Source: an uncultured Desulfobacter sp.
Lineage (GTDB): Bacteria; Desulfobacterota; Desulfobacteria; Desulfobacterales; Desulfobacteraceae
NCBI GenBank assembly: GCA_963665095.1
Contig: OY762069.1
Span: forward strand, 992,001 to 1,056,000
Reading direction: 5' to 3'
Length of the DNA: 64,000 nucleotides
The notes under the pieces are model-generated. The model was not told the DNA's origin, did not search any database, and was given only the letters and a program-made list of their open reading frames with translations. This document shows positions 51,555-60,198 of this stretch, in pieces (the first letter of the stretch is position 1; the number at the start of each line of letters is the position of its first letter). The translations under genes were made by a program, and so were the position numbers.

Positions 51555-53795
51555 ATGCCGGACAATTATCCGCATATCATCCTCAAAGAGTCACCAGAAA
51601 CAACCCTATTTAAAAGCATTTCCAGCGGGGGCGGTGAAAAACGCATTCCCTCTTTTCGAGACAGGCGCAGCCATAGTTCCAGATTAAAGCAAAAACTGGC
51701 ACAAGCCTGGGCAGATACACAATCGGAACAGGTTGTTCATCACACGACCCGAAAAGGGGTTTACCTTGAATTCAAAGGCGAGACCGGCTTTGATCTGGTG
51801 ACCAAAAGCCTTGAGGATTTGAAGTCAAAAAAGGTCCGTCTTTTGAACGTAAGAAAAGAAAGCAGCAAGCCTGCCCAATTTTCTTATGACACCCGGCCCG
51901 AAGATATCACAACCTTTGCCACCGTTTTTGTGGACAATGAAAAAAAAGAGCTGTTTTTCAACAAAATAGAACAGTATGCCGGACAGGAGACAGCGTCAGG
52001 CAAGCCCAAACACAGCGATTTGATTAACAGTATCTCGGATATCAGAAAAGCTGATGCAATTGAATCATTCTGGCTGGATGACAAGGCATTAATCCCTAAA
52101 GATGAGCCCGGGTGGTGTGAGGTCTGGTTAAGGGCGCAATTTGATGAAAATATCAGTCCCAGTGAAATTGTGGATAGATTCGATAAGTTGATTCAAGAAC
52201 TGGAAATCCAGTCAAAATCCGGCTTTATAAAATTTCCTGAGCGAATTGTAAAAGTGATTCTGGTAAACCAAAGCCAGCTGGAAAAATTAGCCCTTTATTC
52301 TGATGATATCGCTGAATACCGCCACGCAAAAGAAACAGCAGGCTTCTGGACGGAGATGAAAAATGTTCATCAGGCGGAATGGACAGACGATCTCCAGGAT
52401 AGAATAAAAGTCAACTTTGATTCAGACACATCTGTCTGCATTCTTGACACAGGGGTTAACAATGGTCATCCACTTTTGAATCCATTGTTGTCTGATGATG
52501 ATTGCCAGACAGTGAATCCGGAGTGGGGAACCCACGCTCATCACAAACATGGCACCTTGATGGCCGGTGTGGCAGCTTTCGGGGATTTAGCGGCATGTCT
52601 GGCAGGGCAAGGCACGGTTGAAATTAAGCACTGTTTGGAGTCGGTAAAAATTTTTTTGACCCCACAGCAAACAGAACCCGATTTGTGGGGGTATATCACA
52701 AGCCAGGGAATATCCCGTGCTGAAATACAGGCACCCCATAGAAATCGTATCGTCTGCATGGGTATAAGTTCCGAGTTTTCCACGACGTCACATATCTGGG
52801 ATGATATGTGGCCCATTAAACCTGAAATTGTAATGGAGGGCGGTAATTTCGCAATAGATGAATGTGGCTTTGGGTCTGAATGTGACGATCTTTCGCTGTT
52901 ATCCACCTATTATAAACCGCAAGAAAGTTACTTTTATCCCTTTCGGATGACAAGTGCATCCACAGCGTATGCCGCATGGTTTGCAGCAAAAATCCAATCT
53001 GAATATCCGAACTTCTGGCCTGAAACCTTGCGCGCCATTATGGTTCACTCGGCACAGTGGCCGGAAAATTTGAAAAAACAATTTACAAAAGACGATAGAA
53101 AAACGTCTTTAAAAAGGTTAATGAGGATTTGCGGTTATGGTGTACCCAATCTTCAAGATGCCTTATACAGTGCCGCAAATTCCCTGACCCTGATTGCCCA
53201 GCAAACAATTCAACCCTTTGATAAAAAAGATAAAGGAAGTGGATATCGCACAAAAGATATGCACTTATATCAATTGCCCTGGCCCAAAGAAACATTATTG
53301 GCCTTGCCGTCAAGCACATTTGTGGAGATGCGGATCACCCTGTCATATTTCATTGAACCCGGTCCCGGTGAAATCGGCTGGAAAGACAGATACAGATATG
53401 CGTCACATGGATTACGGTTCCATTTAAATTCTCCGGGGGAACCCCAGGAAGACTTTGTTAAAAGAGTAAACGCGGCAGCAAGGCTTGAAGATGAAGGCAA
53501 GCCCGATACAAAAAGTGCTTCAGATCACTGGGTCATCGGATCACAGACCAGGAACAAAGGCTCTATCCACTCGGATATCTGGAAAGGAACCGCTGCTGAG
53601 CTTGCAGACTCAAACATGATTTCCGTTTCTCCGACCATCGGCTGGTGGAGAGAAAGGGCCTACCTTGGAAAATGGGATAAAAAAACGCGTTACGCCCTTG
53701 TCGTTACCATCAAGACGCCTGAAGAAAAAATGGATATCTATACGCCGGTCGCCACAAAAATAGGTGTGAAAATTCCCATCCCCATTAGTATATAA
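51555..53795 (+). CDS. S8 subtilisin-family peptidase (IetS-like), probably internally deleted
   Basis: ILDTGVN (Asp), HGTLMAG (His), MTSAS (Ser), IKPEIVMEGGN, WPETLRA, GYGVP; no SAGN oxyanion segment found. Confidence 0.8.
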   Translation: MPDNYPHIILKESPETTLFKSISSGGGEKRIPSFRDRRSHSSRLKQKLAQAWADTQSEQVVHHTTRKGVYLEFKGETGFDLVTKSLEDLKSKKVRLLNVRKESSKPAQFSYDTRPEDITTFATVFVDNEKKELFFNKIEQYAGQETASGKPKHSDLINSISDIRKADAIESFWLDDKALIPKDEPGWCEVWLRAQFDENISPSEIVDRFDKLIQELEIQSKSGFIKFPERIVKVILVNQSQLEKLALYSDDIAEYRHAKETAGFWTEMKNVHQAEWTDDLQDRIKVNFDSDTSVCILDTGVNNGHPLLNPLLSDDDCQTVNPEWGTHAHHKHGTLMAGVAAFGDLAACLAGQGTVEIKHCLESVKIFLTPQQTEPDLWGYITSQGISRAEIQAPHRNRIVCMGISSEFSTTSHIWDDMWPIKPEIVMEGGNFAIDECGFGSECDDLSLLSTYYKPQESYFYPFRMTSASTAYAAWFAAKIQSEYPNFWPETLRAIMVHSAQWPENLKKQFTKDDRKTSLKRLMRICGYGVPNLQDALYSAANSLTLIAQQTIQPFDKKDKGSGYRTKDMHLYQLPWPKETLLALPSSTFVEMRITLSYFIEPGPGEIGWKDRYRYASHGLRFHLNSPGEPQEDFVKRVNAAARLEDEGKPDTKSASDHWVIGSQTRNKGSIHSDIWKGTAAELADSNMISVSPTIGWWRERAYLGKWDKKTRYALVVTIKTPEEKMDIYTPVATKIGVKIPIPISI

Positions 53796-54087
53796 AAAAT
53801 TATCCGTGTACACATGGTTTTGCCCGGTGGAACCCGATCATTTCATTTCTGACAACCCTGGAATTCCCCGATTTTTTCCTGCAGAAATTCTGCATTTTTT
53901 CAATCCGATAATCGGCCGCAAACACCATTAAATTAGCGGAGATACAATAAAAGTATCTCTGCCCGCCGGTGTATTTTTAATCAAATATTTAATCAGATTT
54001 CCCTTGACCCCTTCTTCATTATACGTTAGTCCTATCTAAACGCTCAGAAAGGTTTAACCCGTCTTTATACAGCCTACGGAGGAAAAA

Positions 54088-55251
54088 ATGGATTTTGAAC
54101 TAAGCAAAGAGCTGCAAATGCTCCAGAAAGAAATCAGAAAATTTGCAAAAAAAGAGATCATCCCCTTTGCGGACCAGTGGGATGAAGAGCATTACCTGCC
54201 CATCAAAGAGGTTATGCGGCCTTTGGGTGACATGGGATATTTCGGCACTGTGATTCCTGAAGAGTACGGGGGAGAAGATTTAGGATTTCTGGCTGCCATG
54301 ATTGTAACAGAAGAATTGGCCAGAGCATCATCCTCCCTGCGGGTTCAGGTCAATATGCAGGTACTTGGCTGTGCCTATACCATCTACAAATACGGTAATG
54401 AGGATGTGCGCCAGAAATATGTAAAAAAACTGTGTACCGCAGAGTACATTGGCGGCTTCGGCATTACCGAACCGGATGCTGGCTCTGATGTCATGAATAT
54501 TGCTTCCACTGCTGAAGACAAAGGCGATCACTGGCTGCTCAACGGCAACAAGACCTGGATTTCCAATGCCAATGTGGCAGATTGTCTGCTCTACTATGCC
54601 TATACCGATAAAGCCGCCGGCTCCAAGGGCCTGTCCGCCTTTGTCATTGAACCAAAAAATTATGCCGGCATCAAAACCTCATCTCTGGAAAAACTTGGCT
54701 CCCACTCCTCTCCCACAGGGGAACTGTTCCTTGACAACGTTAAGGTGCCCAAGGAAAACATCCTGGGCAAACCCGGTGACGGGGCCAAAATTGTGTTCTC
54801 ATCCCTGAACCAGACCCGTCTGTCTGCAGCAGCCGGTGGTGTGGGGCTGGCCCAGGCCTGCCTTGACGAAGCCATTAAATACTGCAATGAAAGAAAACAG
54901 TTTGGCAAAAAGATCGGTGAATTCCAGATGAACCAGGACATGATCGCCCAGATGGCCACTGAAATTGAATGCGCACGCCTCCTGGTATATAAAGCAGCCT
55001 GGGCCAAGGACCAGGGCCGGATGAACAACGGTCTTGATGTGGCCATGGCCAAATACATGGCCGGCGAAGTGGCGTACAAATGTGCCAATTTTGCTATGAG
55101 AATTCTGGGTGCCTACGGCTACTCCACAGAATACCCTGTGGCCCGCTACTACCGGGATGCTCCCACCTATGCCATGGTGGAAGGGTCATCCAATATCTGC
55201 AAATGGATCATCGCCCTGGATCAGCTGGGCATTAGAAAAGCAAACAGGTAA
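54088..55251 (+). CDS. acd: Glutaryl-CoA dehydrogenase, non-decarboxylating type
   Basis: Acyl-CoA DH motifs (ITEPDAGSD, KTWISN, RKQFGK); MVEGS with Val before the catalytic Glu; strongly resembles recalled Desulfococcus multivorans enzyme; gcd context. Confidence 0.88.
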   Translation: MDFELSKELQMLQKEIRKFAKKEIIPFADQWDEEHYLPIKEVMRPLGDMGYFGTVIPEEYGGEDLGFLAAMIVTEELARASSSLRVQVNMQVLGCAYTIYKYGNEDVRQKYVKKLCTAEYIGGFGITEPDAGSDVMNIASTAEDKGDHWLLNGNKTWISNANVADCLLYYAYTDKAAGSKGLSAFVIEPKNYAGIKTSSLEKLGSHSSPTGELFLDNVKVPKENILGKPGDGAKIVFSSLNQTRLSAAAGGVGLAQACLDEAIKYCNERKQFGKKIGEFQMNQDMIAQMATEIECARLLVYKAAWAKDQGRMNNGLDVAMAKYMAGEVAYKCANFAMRILGAYGYSTEYPVARYYRDAPTYAMVEGSSNICKWIIALDQLGIRKANR

Positions 55252-55272
55252 TTTTCCCAAAAGGAAACAACC

Positions 55273-55668
55273 ATGAGCCATAAAGAGATGTCACGGGAAG
55301 AAATTGTCAAGCGCACCGGAAAAACAGCCAAACTCTATTTTTCCACGGTAAAGGATGAGGATAAACCCTACAATCTCTGGCGCAGGTTTGATCCGGGACT
55401 TGCCAAAGATATGTCCCTGTATATCACAGGCCAGATGTATGCCCGTGAAAAAATACCCCACACCACCCGGCAGTTGATTACAGTGGCGGCTCTTACAGTT
55501 CTGTCAAAACCTGAAGAGCTTAAACTGCACATCCATGCAGCCCTGAATGTGGGCTGTACCAGTGAAGAAATTGCAGAAGTGATCTTCCAGACCAGCATTT
55601 ACGGCGGGGTGCCTTCGGCCAACACAGCCCTGGCCGCCCTGGCAGAAGTTCTGGACGAAAGAGATTAA
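55273..55668 (+). CDS. Carboxymuconolactone decarboxylase (CMD/AhpD) family protein
   Basis: TRQLITVAAL...ELKLHIHAALNVG...EIAEVI...YGGVP; no CxxC. Confidence 0.85.
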   Translation: MSHKEMSREEIVKRTGKTAKLYFSTVKDEDKPYNLWRRFDPGLAKDMSLYITGQMYAREKIPHTTRQLITVAALTVLSKPEELKLHIHAALNVGCTSEEIAEVIFQTSIYGGVPSANTALAALAEVLDERD

Positions 55669-55694
55669 ACCGTTTTAATAAAAGGAGAAACACC

Positions 55695-55910
55695 ATGTCT
55701 GAAGACGTATTAGCCCCCCTGTCAGGAAAAATTATCAGCATCAGCCTTGAACCAGGTGCCGCAGTAGAAGAGGACGACGAAATTATGGTTATCGAGGCAA
55801 TGAAAATGGAAACCCCTGTATTTGCGCCCTGTTCCGGCACTGCATCAAAGATTGCAGTCAAGGAAGGTGATAACGTGGAAGAGGATGACCTGCTGGCTGT
55901 CATTGACTAG
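55695..55910 (+). CDS. gcdC: Biotin carboxyl carrier subunit of glutaconyl-CoA decarboxylase
   Basis: EAMKME biotinylation motif; operon context. Confidence 0.85.
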   Translation: MSEDVLAPLSGKIISISLEPGAAVEEDDEIMVIEAMKMETPVFAPCSGTASKIAVKEGDNVEEDDLLAVID

Positions 55911-55928
55911 ATTCCAAAGGAAACGCAA

Positions 55929-57686
55929 ATGAAATCCTATTTTGAGAAGATGCCTAGTTTCGGCAAAGAGCTGAAAAAAGGGACGATAAAACGCACCCAG
56001 AGCAATTATGAACAGGTGCTTGAGGCTGAAAGCCTGATTGCCGCAGCTGTGGACGAGGTGAAAAATGCAGGCCTTCCCGAAGAAAAGATTAACCAGCGCG
56101 GCCAGATGACTGTATGGCAGCGGCTGGAATATATCGTGGACCCGGGCACCTGGACGCCGCTCCATACGCTTTTCAATCCTGCGGACAACGTTGAAGGCAC
56201 TACCAATGTTATTGACGGCCTTGGAAAAATTGCAGGGAAATGGGCTGTGGTTATTGGCTTTGACAACAAGGTGATGGCCGGTGCCTGGCTGGCCGGCCAG
56301 TCAGAGAATATCCTGCGGGCCACCGACCTTGCAAAACGGCTCAATATTCCACTGGTATGGCTTGTCAACTGCAGCGGGGCCAAGCTCACCGAGCAGGAAA
56401 AATTCTATGCCAACAGAAGAGGGGCGGGCACCCCGTTCTTCAGGCATGCGGAACTTGAGCAGGAAGGTATCCCTGTACTGGCAGCCATTTACGGCACCAA
56501 TCCGGCCGGCGGCGGTTACCAGTCTATCAGCCCCACAGTCCTTTTTGCCCATGAAAAATGCAATATGGCCGTGGGCGGCGCCGGCATTGTCAGCGGCATG
56601 GCCCCCCAGGGGGGATTCACCGTGGAGATGGCCGAAGACCTGGTTCAAAAAGCCAAAGAGCACAGGGCAAAGCCTCCCGGATCTGTGGCCACCCATTACG
56701 ACCACACAGGTTTTTTCAGGTTTGTATACAAAGAGGAAAAAGAGGTTCTGGACGGTGTCAGAGAATATATGAAAAAACTGCCCGCCTATGACCCTGATTT
56801 TTTTAGAGTGACCGAACCCAAGGCACCGGCATTTGCGGCTGAAGACGTTATGCGTCTGCTGCCCATAGCATCCAAAACCGTATATGATTTTGACGATATC
56901 CTGGCAAGGCTTGTGGATGGGTCCGAACACCTTGAGTACCGGCCTGACTACGGGCCTGAAATCTATACCGGACTTTGCAAGGTGGACGGATTCCTTGTGG
57001 CCTGCATCGGAAATCGCCAGGGGTATCTCGGCAAGGGATATCCCGAGTACGCCGATTATCCCGGAATAGGTTCCAAACTATACCGCCAGGGGCTTCTCAA
57101 GATGAACGAGTTTGTCACCCTTTGCGGCAGGGATCGAATTCCTGTGATCTGGTTCCAGGATACCTCAGGGATTGATGTGGGCGATATTGCCGAAAAAGCA
57201 GAACTGTTAGGCTTGGGTCAGTCTTTGATCTACTCCATCCAGCAGTCCGGTCTTCCCATGATGCTTGCCATCCTTCGCAAAGGAACCGCAGCTGCCCACT
57301 ATGTCATGGGTGGCCCCCAGGGCAACCGGAACAATGCATTTACCGTGGGCACCTGTGCCACAGAGATCTGCGTTATGCATGGTGAAACAGCAGCGGTTGC
57401 CACCTATGCAAGGCGGCTTGTCAAGGAAAAGGAAGCGGGCAGGGACCTTCAACCTGTGGTGGATAAAATGAATGCGCTTGCCCAGAAGTACAAGGACACA
57501 TCCACACCGATTTACTGTGCCAAACAGGGCATGGTGGATGAGGTGGTCCCGCTTGCTGATCTGCGGCACTATATGCAGTCCTTTGCAGGTGCAGCCTACC
57601 AGAACCCCAAATCCATCTGTCCCCAGCACCAGATGATCCTGCCCAGAATTATACGGGATCACGCTGCAGCAAAGGAAAAGGAATAA
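55929..57686 (+). CDS. gcdA: Glutaconyl-CoA decarboxylase carboxyltransferase subunit
   Basis: DNKVMAGAW, GTNPAGGGY, QDTSGIDVG, RKGTAAAHYVMGGP, PQHQMILPR. Confidence 0.9.
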   Translation: MKSYFEKMPSFGKELKKGTIKRTQSNYEQVLEAESLIAAAVDEVKNAGLPEEKINQRGQMTVWQRLEYIVDPGTWTPLHTLFNPADNVEGTTNVIDGLGKIAGKWAVVIGFDNKVMAGAWLAGQSENILRATDLAKRLNIPLVWLVNCSGAKLTEQEKFYANRRGAGTPFFRHAELEQEGIPVLAAIYGTNPAGGGYQSISPTVLFAHEKCNMAVGGAGIVSGMAPQGGFTVEMAEDLVQKAKEHRAKPPGSVATHYDHTGFFRFVYKEEKEVLDGVREYMKKLPAYDPDFFRVTEPKAPAFAAEDVMRLLPIASKTVYDFDDILARLVDGSEHLEYRPDYGPEIYTGLCKVDGFLVACIGNRQGYLGKGYPEYADYPGIGSKLYRQGLLKMNEFVTLCGRDRIPVIWFQDTSGIDVGDIAEKAELLGLGQSLIYSIQQSGLPMMLAILRKGTAAAHYVMGGPQGNRNNAFTVGTCATEICVMHGETAAVATYARRLVKEKEAGRDLQPVVDKMNALAQKYKDTSTPIYCAKQGMVDEVVPLADLRHYMQSFAGAAYQNPKSICPQHQMILPRIIRDHAAAKEKE

Positions 57687-57689
57687 ATC

Positions 57690-57848
57690 ATGGGCAACGC
57701 GGTAGGGGTGTTTCTCATTGGTCTTTTGGGTGTGTTCCTGGGCATGACCTTTCTTTACCTTTCCATTAAGATTACAGAAAGGGCGGTCACTGCGCTGGAG
57801 GCAAGGACAAAGGTAGCTGAAGCCTTCGGGCAGAAGGGGGGCAAATGA
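57690..57848 (+). CDS. gcdD: Small membrane anchor subunit (OadG/GcdD-like), 52 aa, absent from the ORF track
   Basis: MGNAVGVFLIGLLGVFLGMTFLYLSIKITERAVTALEARTKVAEAFGQKGGK*; AAGGA SD; single N-terminal TM helix; ATGA overlap with gcdB. Confidence 0.75.
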   Translation: MGNAVGVFLIGLLGVFLGMTFLYLSIKITERAVTALEARTKVAEAFGQKGGK

Positions 57849-58963
57849 ACGCATTGTATTCCCTGTTTCAGACCACGGGGCTGTTTTATGTCACGCCTGG
57901 CATTGTGGTGATGTGGATCATCGGGCTTACCCTGATCTATCTTGCCATTGCCAAGTCCTATGAACCGCTTCTGCTGCTGCCCATAGGCTTTGGGATTATC
58001 CTGGTAAACCTGCCCTTGGCAGGGCTTATGGCCCCCCATGAAGGGCTGATCTGGAAATTTTACGAGTATGGTATCCACTGGGAGATCATTCCGCCGGTGA
58101 TATTTTTAGGCCTTGGGGCGCTCACTGATTTCGGGCCTCTCATCGCCAATCCCAGGCTGATTTTCCTTGGTGCCGGGGCCCAGGCAGGGGTGTACATTAC
58201 CTTTTTTGCGGCCCAGGCCTTTGGGTTTGGCCTGAAAGAGGCGGCAACCATTGGTATTATCGGAGGTGCGGACGGCCCCACCACCATATTCCTGGCATCC
58301 AAAATGGCCCCGTCTCTTTTAGGGGTCTGTGCTGTGGCTGCCTACTCTTATATGGCGCTTGTGCCCATTATCCAGCCCCCGGTGATGAAGCTGTTAACCA
58401 CCCCGGACGAAAGACGCATCCGCATGGCCAAGGGCAGAAAGGTGGGGCGACTTGAAAAAATGCTCTTCCCCATTGTCTCCACCTTTGTCATCATCCTGCT
58501 GGTCCCGGCATCCGCACCTTTGATCTCCATGTTTATGTTAGGCAACCTGTTCAGGGAGTCCGGCGTGGTGGGACGCCTGCATGATGCGGCCCAGAATGAG
58601 CTGATGAACATTGTCACCATATTCTTAGGTGTGCCAGTGGGCGCCACCATGAATGCGGACAATTTTTTAAGGCCCCAGGTCATATTTGTCTTTTTCCTGG
58701 GGCTGTTTGCCTTTGTGATTTCCACCATGACCGGGATATTGCTGGCAAAACTGATGAATCTGTTTTCAAAGAATAAAATCAATCCCCTGCTGGGTGCGGC
58801 AGGTGTTTCAGCCGTTCCCATGGCTGCCAGGGTGGTCCATAAGGTTGGCATGGAAGCGGATAAGAAAAATTATCTGCTCATGTATGCCATGGGACCCAAT
58901 GTGGCAGGTGTTATTGGCACTGTGATTGCGGCAGGTATCTTTTTAACGCTTTTAGGTGGGTGA
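57845..58963 (+). CDS. gcdB: Na+-translocating decarboxylase beta subunit
   Basis: EPLLLLPIGFG, GIIGGADGPT, AAYSYMALVP, SAVPMAARV, MGPNVAGVIG. Confidence 0.92.
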   Translation: MNALYSLFQTTGLFYVTPGIVVMWIIGLTLIYLAIAKSYEPLLLLPIGFGIILVNLPLAGLMAPHEGLIWKFYEYGIHWEIIPPVIFLGLGALTDFGPLIANPRLIFLGAGAQAGVYITFFAAQAFGFGLKEAATIGIIGGADGPTTIFLASKMAPSLLGVCAVAAYSYMALVPIIQPPVMKLLTTPDERRIRMAKGRKVGRLEKMLFPIVSTFVIILLVPASAPLISMFMLGNLFRESGVVGRLHDAAQNELMNIVTIFLGVPVGATMNADNFLRPQVIFVFFLGLFAFVISTMTGILLAKLMNLFSKNKINPLLGAAGVSAVPMAARVVHKVGMEADKKNYLLMYAMGPNVAGVIGTVIAAGIFLTLLGG

Positions 58964-58976
58964 TTTAGGTGGGTGA
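58951..58976 (+). repeat. Perfect 13-bp tandem duplication spanning the gcdB stop
   Basis: TTTAGGTGGGTGA TTTAGGTGGGTGA. Confidence 0.9.
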
Positions 58977-59010
58977 TCCCCAGCCAGTTTTTTGATCATA
59001 GTTATATCAC

Positions 59011-59048
59011 ACACCGCGCAGGAGACAGGTTTCCTGCACGGTGTTTTT
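59011..59048 (+). terminator. Intrinsic terminator of the acd-gcd operon
   Basis: ACACCGCGCAGGA...TCCTGCACGGTGT followed by TTTT. Confidence 0.7.
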
Positions 59049-59103
59049 ATTTGGATTCAGGGGTGAGCTTAGAGGTTGAAAGACCAGGGCAGGGCAAACG
59101 AAA

Positions 59104-59146
59104 ACAAAGCGGGGCCAAGGTTTGTAAACCTTGGCCCCGCTTTTTA
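59104..59146. terminator. Bidirectional terminator between gcdB and the YccA-like gene
   Basis: AAAGCGGGGCCAAGGTT-tgta-AACCTTGGCCCCGCTTT perfect stem with A/T tails. Confidence 0.85.
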
Positions 59147-59176
59147 TTAGGTTACGCTGAAGTAAAGGGTAAACGC

Positions 59177-59884
59177 TTAATCTCTGGAAACGCCTAAAAG
59201 GCTGAGCAGATGAACAAACAACCCCATAAAATCAAGATAGAGGCTTAGAGCACCCATGATGGCACCTTTGCGTACCATGGCGCCTGTGGCATCGTGGGGC
59301 AGGGTGACTGCCATGGATTTCAGTTTCTGGGTGTCATAGGCGGTTAGGCCTGTGAAGATCAGCACGGCCACCATGGAGATAATGGTCTGCAGAGCAGAAC
59401 TGCCAATAAAAATATTGACGACCATGGCGATAATAATGCCAATCATACCCATCATCAGAAACTGGGCCATGCCGGTAAGATCCTTTTTGGTCACCATACC
59501 GTATACACTTGCCGCGCCAAAGGTGGCAGCACAGATAAAAAAGGTCGAGGCAATGGATGCCTGGGTGTAGACCATAAAAATGGGTGCCAGACAGATGCCG
59601 TAAAGCACTGTAAGGCCGACATAAAGACCGGTTGCCGTGCTGGCCTGCATTCTTTGAATCCTTGCGCCTATGGTGCCGCACAGAAGAATCAAGGCAATAA
59701 ACAGGACCCAGGGCATAATGGGATTGCCGTATACTGCCTGCATCACGGCAGGACTTTCAGAGACAAAATAAGAGGTAAGGCCGGTGGCAGTCAGGCCGAT
59801 GGCCATCCAGTTGTACGTACTGCGGATAAACGCATTCACCCGGGTAACCGCTCCGGTTTGTTGATAGGAAAGATTCGTGTTCAT
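59177..59884 (-). CDS. Bax inhibitor-1/YccA family membrane protein
   Basis: YNWMAIGL, TKKDLT, TAYDTQKLK, ALSLYLDF. Confidence 0.9.
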   Translation of the reverse strand: MNTNLSYQQTGAVTRVNAFIRSTYNWMAIGLTATGLTSYFVSESPAVMQAVYGNPIMPWVLFIALILLCGTIGARIQRMQASTATGLYVGLTVLYGICLAPIFMVYTQASIASTFFICAATFGAASVYGMVTKKDLTGMAQFLMMGMIGIIIAMVVNIFIGSSALQTIISMVAVLIFTGLTAYDTQKLKSMAVTLPHDATGAMVRKGAIMGALSLYLDFMGLFVHLLSLLGVSRD

Positions 59885-60026
59885 GTCAGCTCCTTAAATA
59901 TGGTTGGTCAAATTTTTGGCCTGATAACTTATGTTATTTGACAGGTAATATAACACGGGCAGGGCAGATTTCAAGATTACAATTTGATTATTGAATGCAG
60001 ACAGATATGGTGCCTGATAAAATAAA

Positions 60027-60054
60027 AGTTTACATAATATATATTATCAGACCT
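60027..60054 (-). other. dif: Chromosomal dif (XerCD) site
   Basis: Minus strand AGGTCTGATAA-TATATA-TTATGTAAACT, 11-6-11 layout matching E. coli dif GGTGCGCATAA-TGTATA-TTATGTTAAAT; intergenic; KOPS polarity flips here. Confidence 0.85.
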
Positions 60055-60198
60055 TATATATCATTAAAATCTGCCGGGTTCAAACCAGGAATTCAGCTTT
60101 ACCGTACTGTGTTAAGATCCAAGCCCGGTGCTTTTATTGACTTTTACAAATAATATATTTTATAAGTATTAACTTTGCACATCAGCCCGGGATAAAAA

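Noticed and set aside
55908..55931. gcdC TAG is in frame with gcdA with no intervening stop (likewise glmU-like TAG to glmM, 42656-42688): possible amber-readthrough fusions
   Set aside because: An in-frame arrangement is expected one time in three, and the downstream genes have their own SD-like sequence and ATG. Revisit only if pyl genes are found
58973..59197. 74-aa ORF after gcdB, and the 8450-8674 ORF
   Set aside because: They run through terminator hairpins or the tRNA antisense strand and have no protein-like features
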